From the NCBI GenBank assembly GCA_964016885.1, contig OZ024741.1, positions 99,510,001 to 99,574,000 on the forward strand: 64,000 nt of DNA. The letters run 5' to 3'. Position 1 is the first letter of the stretch, and each line of letters starts with the position of its first letter. This stretch comes from Eledone cirrhosa (Eukaryota). Shown here piece after piece: positions 40,194-54,992 of this stretch. The notes beneath the pieces are model-generated. The model did not search any database and was not told the DNA's origin. It saw nothing but the letters and a program-made list of their open reading frames with translations. Made by a program: the position numbers and the translations under genes.

Positions 40194-41927
40194 TTGAAGC
40201 AAGTAGAGGCAGTATGGCGGTCCGGGCTGTTACTCTATTAACCACAGCAGCTCTGGCTTTACGCTACCAGCAGTTTCCTTTTCTTCCATTCTACTACAAA
40301 GCTTTGTATTAGCAACTTGAATATTGGAAAGAAGGGGGTGCCCTTTTGGTTTTTTTAAACCCACCCCTCCTATTACTTTCCCGTTTGAAAAACGAGAAGC
40401 CAAAATCAACAAATAATTATTAACAACAATATCATCAATAACTTGGTGATAGCAACAACAACGAAGCTAATACAAACTAAAGTACCTCGAGTTCGAATCG
40501 AATCTGGACTGAAAATATTTCGAGGTATTTGTTGAAAGCTGAAATGAGAATGAGAGAAGAAATACGAACACATGCGGAAAAGCGAGATATGTGTACGGAC
40601 GATTGAATTAGTTTGGATTTTAAACTGACGAGAAGGATTTCAAAGAAGAAAAAGAAAGCAAGTGGAGAAATGAATTAGAGTGACCAGGAAATGGGTTTAT
40701 ATTACACCAACTGCACTTGCAGGACATACTCGTGTTGATGTTTTTTCTTAATATATACCCTATATATTTCTACACACACCGTAACTTGCGCACATAGTAT
40801 TACGGGATTATATACGTACATATATACACACACACATAATATTGAGTGTCGGCCTACCAATATATATAAATATTATACATATATGCATAGACACATCATA
40901 CATACATGTTTACGCTGGAAAGAAAATAAATATCTGAGTTTCTAGCACAAACACCGACTTTAAAAATTTATAGGAACCAATATATTGACACATTTTTTTA
41001 CATGCAAAACAAAATCACGTTTATTTATATACAAACAAATACGTTGTAGGATATATATATATATATACATATACCGGAGTAAATACAATAGGTACACACT
41101 TTACGTTCTAAACAATATATACATCTAGTTACGTATATTGCTGTATTTTCTGACCAACAACACCTGCCCCAGTAAAAAAAATATGACTAAATTGTAGAAT
41201 CGCCGGTCTTTCTGTCATAAACCAACCATTATAAAAATTTCCCCCCTAGTATTAGATATAGCAAGTAGTTGTGTGGTTTGTAGGTATTAAAGCTTTGATG
41301 GCCTACCCACGGTTTACCTTTACGGATTTTACCTGTTCAAGGATATTTACCTTCTATTCGTGGACGACGTCTATATAAAGAAAAAGCAACGAAGTTGTAT
41401 ATATATGTATATATATACTTATAATATACATATTTATATCGGAGAAAGATGTTATCTTTTTGACTGGCAAAAGGGGGGGAAAATTTGAAATAAGGAGATG
41501 AAGGAAAAACTTGCATGTAGGGTTATGAGATAGGTTTCCACATATGTCAGGTTTTTTAGTTTGCCTTTTTTATATTCATTTGTCACTGAAAAATCCCACG
41601 ACAGAAAAAAGTGTCATTGAATATTAAATTAAGAAATAGTATAGTTGTATACATTCATTCTATTTTTGTTGTTTTAATATGGTATTTTAAATTTTATTTT
41701 TAAAACATTACCTACACACACACACACACATATATACATACATAATTGTGTGTGCACATCACCTGAACCTGGTTTCCTTGTCTACACTACTAGAACATTT
41801 TTTTACACCCTTTTAAATATATACATACATATTTATACACACACACTGACAGTGAATGTAATAATTCAGTGTACATACATCTATAGATCGACACCTTGGT
41901 GAGGGCCCATCTATCTGGGCCGGGGCA

Positions 41928-42045
41928 ATGGCGAAAATCGGATTGAAACTTCTACCAGAAAGCAGACGAACAGTCAGTCGGCCCTTTTTCTCGGTGACCT
42001 TAACTTATATCTGGACAATCGGATTCCTTACTTTAACTGTTAAAG
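41928..42045 (+). CDS. Candidate first coding exon encoding a signal-peptide-like N-terminus of a secreted or membrane protein
   Basis: GCAATGG Kozak context; MAKIGLKLLPESRRTVSRPFFSVTLTYIWTIGFLTLTVK-G, with a basic n-region, hydrophobic stretch and V-x-G cleavage-like end; phase-1 donor AAG|GTAGGA; upstream acceptor CTATAG| at 41886; locally GC-richer unique sequence. Confidence 0.45.
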
Positions 42046-42747
42046 GTAGGAATATTTTGTTTATTATTTCAATTAATTCAATCGCTCTGGGTTTTTTTTC
42101 TTTCTTTCTCCGTCGGACATTCAGCAGGTCCACTTTGCTCCTGAACGAGCTATCACCCCTTGCTGATTGTCCTCGTCTGGTAATTTAACACTTTCCTATA
42201 CCCTATTGACATCCTGCATTTCTACCCGTATTCACTGTTAAAATATGAAATTCTATCCGGGGGCAAAGGGTAGAAATGTTCAATGCGCGCGCGCGCGTAT
42301 ATGTGGAAAGTAAGCAAGCAAAGCAAACAGATTTATACATATACTACCGGCTATATCAACGGTGTATCTGTTGATCGTTGGTGGGGTAATAAAGGCAGCA
42401 ACTAGATTTATTTTATTGATATAAAGTCTCCTCGTTTCGGAGTTTGATTTTAACATTTGTTCCTTGACCACACACAAACATTAAATAAACAAATAAAACC
42501 AAATCGAAAGAAGAAAGCTTAAAAACAATATATAGACTATCAGATTTGTTAAATAGCTACTCTGTTGAGTTTCCATACACACATACATATAAAGTAAATA
42601 ATATGAATGCTACTAATCAAATGAAAATTGCACACACCCACACTTATATATACACGCACACGTAAATACATCGGTAGAAAAAAACTATAAATAATAGAAA
42701 TACCAATAAAATATTTGTACACATATTTACACAGGAAACCGCTGTGA

Positions 42748-42925
42748 TTGCTCGACGTGCTAGAAATAGCAGACAAAATCTGCCTCAAATCACAGACCAT
42801 TGTCTTAATGAAAAGACACATTTCATAATGTAGTTGTAGTTACTCCTTCAAAAGACGTGACGAGGTGGTCATGAGTGGAAAGCCTTTGATCATAGGTTTG
42901 TTAAGTAAGAGTCGACCTGGAACTA
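42748..42925 (+). repeat. Dispersed repeat family C copy
   Basis: CTCGACGTGCTAGAAATAGCAGACAAAATC to GCCTTTGATCATAGGTTTG. Other copies at ~950-1115, 34748-34900, 52435-52625 (+) and 47800-47955, 55590-55790, 58670-58830 (-). Confidence 0.75.
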
Positions 42926-44449
42926 GCCAAATATCTACACATATATACATATGATTGTTTGTATGGGAAGGGAGGTGTGCACATTATATATAGCGAGATA
43001 AATAGATAATATAATTGTATATAGATATATGAATATAGTATGTGTATGCGCGTGCAAAAGTTCATCACATTGACATTTCTATTATTTCCACATTCAGAAT
43101 GTAATAACATGCTAATGTTTGAAAAGTAAGGATTTATTATTTCGAAATCAATGAAAATATGTGAGGGAAGAGGACTGAAGAGATCCCTGATTTTATAACC
43201 ACATATATATTAAACTATTCTTTTTCCGTGTTTTAATATACATATCTTTATAGATAACCAGACCTGTCAATACATTCCCGTAGTTTTAAGGTTATCTACA
43301 CTCATCCTTGTAGAAATTAGCAGTTTCCTACGGTTATATTATGTATACATAATACAGAAGCCTGGTCTCCCTCTTAAAGGATACTACATAGGGAACCTTT
43401 TTTTCCTATTCACCGAATTCAACAGAGAACTGCATCGTATACTGTGTGTATATGTGTGTGGGAAAGATCTGTGTGTTAGAAATTAAGATTTCCGACAAAT
43501 ACGTCTCCGAAACAACAGCACCACGTTATTGTAGAACATTGTATGGTCTTAGGTCTTTCTGCCTCTAAAATACTTGTATTTGAAGAAATATAACAGTTTC
43601 AACAGTTATTTAACTGGACTTTATGTTCAGGTTTTAGCTATAGGCAGTGAGAGAGAGAGATTCATTCTAGCAGTGTATGAACATCCATGCATGTGTTGCT
43701 TCTATTGTTCCTTCCATCGAGGAGAAGAAAGAAATAGATGAGATTTGATAAATAAATGGGTTATTGAAAGCCGGCTAGTGCGAGAATGCTGCTTATTATT
43801 ACCATTATTATTATTATTATTTGTGTGTGTAATTTGTAACCAAAGAGAGAGAGAGAGAATTTAAATGCAGGGGTTTTAAAAGGACACGATGGACACGGTC
43901 AGATAAGAAGGTTGGCAACAACAACAAAAAAGGGGGGTGGATAATGTTATCACCTTATGAGGTTTAACTGTTATTTAGCGGATGTTATTGCCGAGAATAA
44001 ATCTAAAAGACGCCCGTGTATATATTACTGGGACTAATTTTATCTAATTAGAAAGGATTAGAAGAAAAGGCAATGATCGGTGAATTGTCAAATGTTAGAG
44101 CTATCGGACAAAATACTTGCAGTTATTTATTTAGTTATGACTCTTTACTTCTGCGTTCAAATAGCACTAAGATCAGCTTTCCCGTCGGGGACTTCACTAT
44201 TCAATGTAATCCTTTTATTTAAGGGATTTTTGGCTACTATTTCTAACAGGTAGCGGGAGCAAACAGGTTCACTTATTCGAATAAACTCCAGTCCTTTAAG
44301 TTTGTTTTAGCCATTTGCATTACACACACACACACACACATAATATTGCTGGTATGTATTCTATCAATTTTGTCATAAGACATATCAAAATTTGAACTCG
44401 GAGCTTAGAGTTAACTCCTCGCACTTTAATAATAGCGGGCTTTTAATTT

Positions 44450-44660
44450 AGACGGAAGGCCTGCAATTTTAAGTGGATGGGTAAGTCGACCACGGTATTT
44501 GACTGGTACTATATTTTATTGAGGATGAAAGGCAAAATTGACCTCGGCGGGATTTTATAACTCAGAATTCAAAGAGATGGAACAAATTCCAATTGAAATA
44601 AAAAGATAAGCCCGTAAAAGATCCATAAATATATGCTGCAAAGGCATTTATTTGTCCGGT
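44450..44660 (-). mobile_element. SINE family A (diverged)
   Basis: GACTGGTACT then GGATGAAAGGCAAAATTGACCTCGGCGGGATT and AACTCAGAA. Confidence 0.7.
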
Positions 44661-44932
44661 GCTTTAAGGATTCTGACATCTTTTATTTGTCACAAGGACT
44701 AAAATTTTGGTGACAATACAAGACATAAAACTAACTCAGAGATTTGTTTGTTCCACTTGTCTATATCATAGCAGCAGCAGCATCTCGGATAAAGTTTCGG
44801 TTAGAATAAAGATAGAAATAGCAAAGAGGAGGATTCTCCCTGTTCACCGTTTCTGTAGACAATAGGAAATGGGTTTTTCTTTCCTGTACACTGAGACATT
44901 CACAATATCTTCCGTGTATGTAGTGTGTGTGT

Positions 44933-44976
<44 letters not shown>

Positions 44977-46214
44977 TTTTGAAATATATCTCACTATATT
45001 CTATCGTTCTAACATCAATACTTCTGTGCATAAGGTTCTTCGAGTGTATTATATTGTGATTTCATGTACTTGGAAAAAGTGTACATGTAAAAACTTAAGC
45101 ACACAAAATTGTCTATGTGTACCCTTCCTTCGTCTCCCAAGTCTTGGAGTCGTAGAGGTGCCGTCGTGATATAGATGGTGTATCTTAGGCATTTTAAAAC
45201 TTGGCGAAGTCCATCTCGCTTCAGATCTGACCACAACCGATTTCTCCCAGAAAAGATATAGAAAAAGATAGAGAGAGAGAGTTGGAGAATCGACTTTAGT
45301 ACTGTGTACTACCACTTTATTTATTGACCGCCAGAAGGATGAAAAGCAAAATTGACGTTGGCAGCATTTGAACTCAGAACGTAGAGGGCCGGAACATTCT
45401 ATTTGCCGTGTGTGTGAGTGCGCTTTATTGTCTGTAAGTACTCACCATAACGAATTGGTTCACAATGATGAAGTTCTGAATGTCATCTTGAACAAGTATC
45501 TTTTACCGAGTCTAACCAATTTTTTTGAGTGAAAATAGGTAGACCGAAGCTATTTGGAACCCCGTTGGATAGACTACCTGTAATTTATTTAAAGAGCTAG
45601 CCTTGTCACGTAGTATTTCGCAGAATGTCCCGCAAAAATTGTGTTAAATGGAGCATTTAGTCACTTGCATGGTAATTCAACTAGTAGGCCGTTCCGTTGA
45701 TCGTGCAACTGGGGGCATTCATCGTCGAAATTGGTGGAGGTCGATTTATTGTCAGTGTCCCTATGAATAGCAAGGTAGTCATAATGTATTCTTCGTCTGT
45801 TTAAAGTTAAAATACACACATACACAATAAGCATCAAATTGCTAGTTCCCGCAGGACATTAAATAAAATACTGAATAACTACTGAACTAAACGGAAGGCT
45901 GATTTAATTTAAAAGGTTTATTGTTCGATCTTCAGTTAATTTCCCTTATTAGTAGTAGTAGTAGTCCTCTCATCCACCACACTTAGGGCATTTAAAAGGA
46001 ATCTTGTGATGGGAGTGAAAAATATTCCATCTTAGTAATAATAATATGTCACCTGTTTTGTGACCAAGGCATGTAAGCTTTTGTTGATTATTTCTTTTTT
46101 AAAACTTGGTAGAGTGCCGAACTATATGCACGGCAGTCTTTAATTTCGTGCCTCTTAATTTCTACTGCCGTGTCCTTTTTCTCAAGAGCTTGATAAAAGT
46201 TAAGTACCAGTAAT

Positions 46215-46880
46215 TATGTCAGATTTGTTAGAGCGTAGGACAAAATGCTTTGCAGGAGTTGGTCCCAAATCTCTGCACTCTGAGTTCAAAACCCGCCGAG
46301 GTCAATTTTTTGCCTTTCCTTTTTTCAGAGTTGGTAAAATAATGTACTGGTCCATGGCGGAATTATTAGCACATCGAACAAGATGTCTTGTGATATGTAT
46401 TCCAGGTTCTTTGCATTCTAAGTTCAAATCTCGTTATAGCCTACAACCCGTCATCTGGCTTAACACTAGCTCCTGAAAGCCTTTAGTGGGGTCTCTCTGT
46501 TGTAAACGTACGGGCCAGGTCCTCGATTTGAGATTACTTTCCTCCATCCCGAGATCAATTTTTGCCTTTCGTCCTTCCCTGTCGATAAGATAAAGTACCA
46601 GTCAAGTGTTGGGTCGACTTAGTTAACTTACACCTCTCCCTAAAAACTTCTGGCTTCGTGCCTATGTTAGAAACATCATTACTGTTATATTCTAAGACTA
46701 AGTAGTTTTATTCACTTTTGTAAGTTCACACTTCGCCAGAATCGACTTAGTTCTTCATCAATTCAACGTAGATAGAGTATAGTGCCGGCCAATATATTAT
46801 AGAGCAGATACGATCGAATTACACCCCTCTTCTCCCAATACATTTCTGGCCTTGCACCATCGATGTTAGAAATTAATCAT
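46215..46880 (+). mobile_element. Cluster of several fragmentary family A SINEs
   Basis: Repeated GAGTTCAAA, GAGGTCAATTTTTTGCCTTTC, GATAAAGTACCAG and TGGC..GTGCCTATGTTAGAAA modules. Confidence 0.7.
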
Positions 46881-48639
46881 TGTTGCCGCTATTCAACTCA
46901 CCGGTCATTCCTCCCTATTAACAGCAGCACTTTTCTTGCAAACAGCGATGCAAGATATTGGCTAAATATAGACATTAAATATATTCACTTAGCAAAGACT
47001 TGACACTGTTGGTGTACTTTCTCTCTCTTCCCTCCTCTACCTCACTCTCCACCGCAGATAAATCGATAGTTAGGAAGAATGTGTATATAAATCTACAGAT
47101 AGACATACCTGCATGCAGAGATACATAAATACATACATATTCATACAGCTATATGGATGGATAATTTGATTATGCATCGGTGAATTGGTGTTGGGACGCA
47201 TTGTCAAATGCTACTACTCTTTCGTAGTTTCTAGTGTGTCGCCGTATCTGGCATGTAAACTGTATGGTCTTCCAGATACTTTAGCACTGGTTATGGACAA
47301 GTGGGTACACTTTTAGGTAGAGGGCTCAGTCAGAGGAGTAAGGGTCGCGCCCACGATCCTTCGGGGAAGCGGGGGTAGGGAATGGTTCCGCTACTGTTGG
47401 TAGAAGTGGCGACGGTTTGAGTCTCCCCTATCAAAAAACAGGAATGGTCCGGTCCCTTTGACGAGCTTCCACAGTTTCTGTCCTACCAAATTGCTCTCAC
47501 AAGTCTCTGGTAGAAGACATTTGTCCAGGTACCAGGCATTGGGACCGAATCCCAAATAGTACAGCCTCGAAGTTAACGGCTTAATCGCACAGCTAGCCTG
47601 CATCTTCAAAGCTGTCAACTGGGCGTTGGCTGTAGGCGTCAACCTGGTCACCGGACATTATATCCGAATACAAAAGTGACAGACAAACAGAAATATGGAA
47701 AACATTTTAACTTTTCTCTCTTTCCACCCATTAAAAAAAAAAAATCCACCAAATTCAATTTTGAAGAGGTAAACCTAAAGTAACGATTTGCTATTGTTCT
47801 TTTGTCCCAAGTTAGTCTTAAGTAAACTTATGAGCAAAGCATTCCAATCATGACTATTCCGTCTGTTTTCATAAAGTGTCTAGAACTACATTAACTGATG
47901 CAACAGCGTAGGGTGTGATTTTAAATAGATTTTACTGCTATTTCTAGCAAGTATGACAAATCATTGCCTAGGTGTGGCGTTTTATTAATGTGGTCCATCC
48001 CTTACACCTGCTAATAAGTACCCCATCCTTTTATTCATGATGACTATTTCATCTTCTCCATGAATAAAAGGATGAGCCCCTAGGACTCTTAACAGCTTTT
48101 TACATGGAACTGTCCCTCTTATTTGGACGATGGCTACTACTACAGCTGCTGCTGTAAGGTGAAAGAAAAAGCTCACATACAGTTGCATATAATTGCATAC
48201 ACAGTTGCAGCTGCGCGCACTCACACATACACACGTATTGTTGATAATATGATATACCGCGCGCATACACATATACTACTACACTTGCACAAGTATCTGT
48301 CTGTGTGATGTATTACTACTTTTTTAAGTATATAAACTTTATGTGCTAAAGAGAAGGGAGTTGTGACTTCGATCCCCTTCTGCATTACATTAGCAAAGGA
48401 AATTAATCAGTTCCGATCGGAATTCGAAACCAGATCACAAACTAGCATTTAACGGCAGAACACGATATTATCCTTGACATCGTATATAATCTGGGACAAT
48501 ATAGATAGCTAAATGCGTTCGTGGGAGAATTCTGTGAGAATTCGTGAATATCACAAATCACCATTGTGGACACTTTAAGAATTATAAACATCTTTGTGTT
48601 CATGACAGCTATTACATATTGACGGAATTGACTATTTTG

Positions 48640-48782
48640 GGCAGTCATGGAAAACTGCGGCCTGTTTGGTCTTCTGAATGGCACGCTTAATTTCAAAATT
48701 GCCTTGAATTTTTTAGTAGTGCGGTCCGCCATATGATGAGCCACATCATATGCGGCGCACTGCTCGAAAAAGGTTGCCCTTG
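48640..48782 (-). mobile_element. hAT-like terminal fragment, same family as 5760-5875
   Basis: GGCCTGTTTGGTCTTCTGAATGGCACGCTTAATTTCAAAATTGCCTTGAATTTTTTAGTAG to CACTGCTCGAAAAAGGTTGCCC. Confidence 0.65.
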
Positions 48783-49299
48783 TTTCATTTAGAGTGAATG
48801 AATTATTCTCGCTCAGCCCGGGACGGTATATCAGCTAGCACTCAACTCGGTGGTTAAATTAAACTCATTAACTCTTAACATCCTGTAATGATTTAGCAGA
48901 AAATATCTAAAACTGCGGTGTTAACTTAAATGTTTATAGTACCTTTACTAGTGGACAAATTATTGTGAAAATATGAAGTTAACAGACGTAAAGACTTATT
49001 GTTTAAAGTGATGTTATAGTGCTGTTTAGTACTTTTCAAGAATATTTTACTAATGTGGTTTCATGTGGTACAGGACGTTAAAAGTTAAAGGTCGATAGCA
49101 CTCACACACATAAGTATGTACGACCAGCCTATATGCATCTATAGAAAGACATTCCCAAGACGGCGATGATAATGATATTTCACGCTTGCAAAGCCGCTTG
49201 CTTGCACGCCCGATCGCACAGATTCACAGACGTGCGCGCACACACATACACAAATTGTCCCATTTCTCTAAAGCCTTCAGTTGCTTCTTCGGTTTAATA

Positions 49300-49777
49300 T
49301 TGGTTTCTAATTTAGGCACAAGGTGAACAATTTTATTTTTTATTGAAAGGGAAAAGTCGATTATGCTAACCCCAGTACTTATACTTTATTTATCGATTCC
49401 TGAAGAATGAAAGGCAAAGTTGATCTGAGCGGGATTTGAAACCAGGACGTAGTGTCGTGAGAAAATACTATAATAATTGTTTCTACTTTTGGCACAAGGT
49501 CAGCAATTACCCAGTGCATTACTGGTACTTTATTTTATCGACCCAATAAGGATGAAAGCCAAAGTTAACCTCGGCGGGATTTCATCTATAATAATTGTTT
49601 CTACTTTTGGCACAAGGCCAGCAATTACCCAGTACATTACAGGTACTTTATTTTATCGACCCCCTAAGGATGAAAGGCAAAGTTAACCTTGGTGGGATTT
49701 CAACTCAGTTCGTAAAAGGACATAACTCTATGCTGCATAGCATGGCGTCCGACCCCCTATTGATACTGCCAATCCAC
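49300..49777 (-). mobile_element. Three stacked family A SINEs (old copy 49300-49455, truncated young copy 49472-49582, near-full young copy 49591-49777)
   Basis: ATAATTGTTTCTACTTTTGGCACAAGG to AAAGTTAACCT occurs twice; ends GATACTGCCAATCCAC. Confidence 0.85.
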
Positions 49778-52700
49778 AATGAGCTCTGCTTATAGAGAGA
49801 GATGGGGTGAAGAGAAGAGAAATGTAATTGTGTGATGTTCATGTCTTCCCCCTGAGCCCCTGAGATACAGAGTTTAATAGCGTAGTTAGAATATGTGCCG
49901 CTTGGGACGGTCCTTGAATCTCTCCTACCCCCCCCCCCCCCACACACACACACGAAAACATAACACAATACACATTAAAGTGTCGTCCAAAGCAGCCCAC
50001 AGCTATGCTACTGGTTGGGTTTTAATTGAAAGAGTATCTAAGCCGTTTTCGCAAGCTCGCTCCGATGAGGGTTCATCTCCATTCCAGGATGCTCGTGACA
50101 GAATAAAGAGAACGTTGGAGTAAACTGCTTTACACCATTTAGTTATAGCGCTTTATGTTTTGAGTTCAAATTTCGCCAAAGGCGTTCAGTAAAATAAGCT
50201 CAAGATTCAAGTTAAGTGCCACTCAAATATTGATGTTGACATAATCTGTGATACCCCACCCTAACGCAGCTTAATATTTTCACCGCATTATCATAACTCG
50301 CCCTCGAAATTAGTGTTCTTGTCTGTGCTAAGGTTAGATTGGCTGAATGGTTAGAATGGAGACCGCTAGCAAATACATATATCGCTCTTAAACCGTCACC
50401 CTCTACAGCTACTTACAACATTGCACTAGACCATATCTGGATGAGGTTATACTATCTGAAGAAGGAGTCCCGTTAGGTAAAATAGCTGATGTAGCGAGTA
50501 TCGCTGGATGTTCCTCGTGGCAATACCATAATCATCATGACCATTGTTGGAATCCCTACTCCAACCGAATTAAGCATTGAGAATGAAATTAGGTACACAG
50601 GAACTGTGGAAGTCCGTCGGATGGACTGCCTAATTCAAATAGCTAGCTTTGTGACTGAATAACCATCGTGGAAACTGATGAAGGATCCATCCCTAAATTT
50701 TATTGATCTCGAAAGGCTGAGGGGCAAAATGAACTCCCCTAAGATTTAGACCCAAAACGTAAAGGGCCATGTCCATAACCCCTTTAAGAGCCGCTAGGGT
50801 TAATGGGACGGGGCAACGAAGGCATACATAACCCTGAGACCTGGTCTGAATGCTTGCAACTTCACTAAAGGCATAAAGTAGCCAGATGCTGGTGCTTCCT
50901 CCCTTCTGTTACTAGAATGGAACATATTTTTATCCACCTTAGGACGAAAGTCGAAGCCGTCTGTTCCGAGCGAGATTTGAACTCATAATATTACAATACA
51001 ATTCAATTGATTGACCGTAGTCGCTATGAAAAAGATCTAACCGTGAACGAAGACCATCGCCCAATCTTCTAGACACTTCTTTCTCTCAAAGCTGCATTTA
51101 ATACTTTCAATCAAGTTTTTATAGCTCTAAGTTTGAGTAATTAATGAATTCATTCATTAGACCGTGCTATAATGTCGGTGGCGGTGGCACACATCCAAAG
51201 CTGTTTGAGGTTAAAGTGTTGGAGTTAAGTCTTTTGTTTTTCCGTCAATGTCTCCTCATAATATCTAAGGTGCGTGGGAATTGATTTTATTGTTGGTTCG
51301 TCACACCCTTCTTTCATTTGAACACGGCATTGCAAATATTTGGACCACGTCTCTCTTTCAACGATGTGTACATAATTCTTTATACATACGAGCATTTTCT
51401 TCCAACTTACTTTCTGCATGGTTGCCTAATACTCACACACAGTCGCAACGCAATATACACATTCACAAGAACATATACCAGCTTACACATAAATATGCGC
51501 GCGCGCGTGCCTATTGCTGCTACTGCTACATATTTACGGAGACTGGGTCTTTGAATTCGTTTCTATCACATTACCTGTAAATAATGCTTGTTAATACACC
51601 TTCTCTCCCCCGAAATATCATTTCCTGGCTTTAAACTATTGTAATATGGACGAGAGGGGGAAGATTTTGAGAGGTGTGCACCATTTCTATCGCAACACAC
51701 ACAAAAGCCCGCACACACTCTCACACCTTAACATACTGATAATTGAATAATTATGTTCAGTCCTATATGCAACCAATTGTAGATGTTTCTGATACACACA
51801 CACACACTGTTCGTCACTAGACTGCGGCCATGCTGGGGCTCCGCTTTGATTTTTCGATCCCAGTATTTACCTTTAGAAGTCTGGTACTTATTTTATCGAT
51901 CTCTTCTTTTTGTCGAACCGCTAAGTTACGAGTCATCGACACAAGTACGCGCGCACACACAGATACGGACACAAACAGAATATATAAATGACAGGCGTCT
52001 GCAGTTTCCGTCTACCAGATCCCATTAACAACGCATTAGTCAACCCGGGGCTAAACGTAAAACTAGACGTTTGCAAAGCAAACTCCTTAACTACACACAC
52101 ACACATTTATTTAGAGGGAGTGAGAGGGTGCTGTATGTGTTCTCGTATTCATACACATGTGTACAAACTCTTTTTTTTTTTCAGTTAATATTTGATGTTT
52201 TTATAAAAATAAAAAAAAACATATACATGGACACACAAATGCGCACATATTTTTATAAAGTGAATGAATGGCACTCATCCGGTCAGTTCCGCCCCTAGTA
52301 TATTACTGTATACTTTTTAAATTGTTTATTTCGGTCAGTATGGTAAAGGTATAAAAGATTTGCTATTTCTTAACTCGCAGTAGAATTGTTACTGGACTTC
52401 TTTTTTTTTTGTGCGTGTGTGTAAAATGTTCACGTCGACACGCTAAAAATAGTAACCGAATCGCTCTCAAATCACACGCCACTGCTTTAAATGGGAAGAG
52501 ATACATTGGTTAAGGTTAAGGTGGCCTCCGAATACTCTCTGCTTGAAAAAAAAATTTAGAAAGACGAGATGTTCACGGTTTGGTCGTCTTAGGTTTTAGT
52601 TAAAGCTGACTCGGGACTGCTAAAACATCAGTTGCTTTGTCATATCATACGACTGACCATTCAAATGTTTTATCCCCTCATTATTTCTCCCACCCCCACC

Positions 52701-52924
52701 CCCTCTCTCTCTCGAAAGTGTCAGGACATTTAGAAAACTTGAATATTTTTATTTCACCGCACCGGTGCATGTGTATTCCATTGTGATATAGTGCAGCAAC
52801 TGTGTCCTGATCTGTTTTAAAAGTATTTTAACGCTAGTTTCTATATATATACCGTTTATCCTGTCTCCTGTCACCCGAAAATCGGTGACTCTTCTGCCAG
52901 GAGTTGCGACCAACAGTTAGTATC

Positions 52925-53030
52925 AGTAATGACAAAGGACCGTGACAAGTGGAGAGATGCTGTGCTGAATAGGACCAGTCCCACCCTTGCAAGCAGGGAA
53001 AAGCGGACGTAAAATGATGATGATGATGAA
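52925..53030 (+). mobile_element. 3' end of a second RTE-like LINE family
   Basis: MTKDRDKWRDAVL-type terminus followed by GGAAAAGCGGACGTAAAA(TGA)n. A related tail lies on the minus strand at ~57020-57070. Confidence 0.6.
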
Positions 53031-53675
53031 TGTAAAGTCCGATGGAAACGTAGTTTCCTTGGTCTGAACTGACGATCAGTTACTCATCTTTGAGGATCGG
53101 ATTCTTTCCTATACACATATACACACTGAATGCTTTGTAAATTGACTCTGATTTACTGAAGTTAATTTAATACGATATTCAATAGGCTCCTTAATTTTAA
53201 ATATCAAAACTCTAAAGTAGGAAGATGTCCAAACTAAATAATAATAATAATAATAGCATTCAGTCCGGAGAAGTAGTGTAATCTTGCTACTTGTAACCCA
53301 ATCTGGTAACGGCGAATGTAACAGCTGCTGTGATTATACTACTGCTGGTGTAGACACACACAATAGATACTACAGAAAGCGTGCACATACACTATAGATC
53401 AGGGGTCCTCGAAGTGGTCGATATCGACCAACAAGGGTTGATAGGACTACACAAGGAGGTTGATTTTACTTTTGGGGGCCGAAACCTGACATTTGTAGAA
53501 AAAATGAAAATACATAAAATAATAAAATACAATACAAATTGCTTATACGGGTTTCTGATTTATATATAATTAGTCTTTATATTCTATTTATCGATTTATT
53601 TAATTACTTATTTTTGTACATACATAGGGTCGATATAAGGTCAAGGATTTTCATGGGGAAATAATTATTTTCCTC

Positions 53676-53706
<31 letters not shown>

Positions 53707-53851
53707 CGTATGCTAATCAGACCCCGAACATATCACAAAGGACTTTTTCCCAGGAAAACGGAGTGGAAGGTGAGAGGGACTGTCGGATTTTCTCCCCACC
53801 CGCAGAGCTTTCTTTACTACTTTTATTTATGCGTGTGGGTATTTATGTGAC

Positions 53852-54160
53852 GGTGCTTGGCTTAGTGATTAGAGTATTCAGGTCACAATCGTTAGCTCGA
53901 TTCCCAGCGGCGCGTTGTCATTGAGCAAGACATTTTATTTCACATTGCTCCAGTCCACTTAGTTGTCAAAAACGAGTTGTACCTGTACTTCGAAAGGCCA
54001 GCTTTGTCACATTCTATGCCACATCGAATCTTCCTGAGAACTACGTTAAGTGTACGCGTGTCTGTTGAATGCTCAACAACTTTCACGTTAATTTCATGAG
54101 CAGGCTGTTCCGTTGATGCTATCAACTGGAACATTCGTCGTCATAACCGACGGAGTACCA
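53852..54160 (+). mobile_element. SINE family B, near full length
   Basis: TGGCTTAGTGATTAG A-box, degenerate B-box, TTGAGCAAGACATTTTATTTCAC core, 3' end AACCGACGGAGTACCA. Confidence 0.8.
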
Positions 54161-54519
54161 GTTGTTGCTGTTGGCTCTTTATGCACCCGCGGGCAATACC
54201 CTACCAGTGTTGTGAGACACAGGTTAGCGCTGCCCTCTTCAGAACTCCTTCATCGTAATTAGTACTACGTTTTTACACAAAAGGTCTTTTTAATATTATC
54301 TATATTTTTTTTACATTAATATTTATAAATCCTATATTTATTCCATTAGTAAACACCATATTGTTACCTTTCTCACATAAGTAACTAGCAACGGCCAAGT
54401 TGTCCGCACTGATACAAGTTGAGAATTAACTTTCATAATCTCTCTTTCTTTTATATCTATCATTGACCTTTCATCTCGTTGATAACGGTCTATAGTTGGA
54501 TATGTAGTGTTGGTGGTGG

Positions 54520-54722
54520 TCTACTACTACTACAACCACCACAACTTCTGCTACCACTACTACTACTACTACCACCACTTCTGCTACAACCACCACCACT
54601 TCTGCTACAACCACCACCACTTCTGCCACAACAACCACCACCACCACCACTACTACCACTACTACTACTACTACAACCACCACCACTACTACAACAACCA
54701 CCACCACTACCACTACTACTAC
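54520..54722. repeat. Compound (CAC/TAC/CAA) triplet repeat
   Basis: Directly visible. Confidence 0.93.
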
Positions 54723-54856
54723 ATAGTGCAACTGGCAGGTGTGGAATTGAATAGTTTTTTTTCCGTTTTAATTTGTTTTTTTACATATATGTATGTCTGC
54801 TTCTTTTTAAATGGATCCATTTGATGCTTTATCTACACATATACACTTGAATTTTC

Positions 54857-54992
<136 letters not shown>

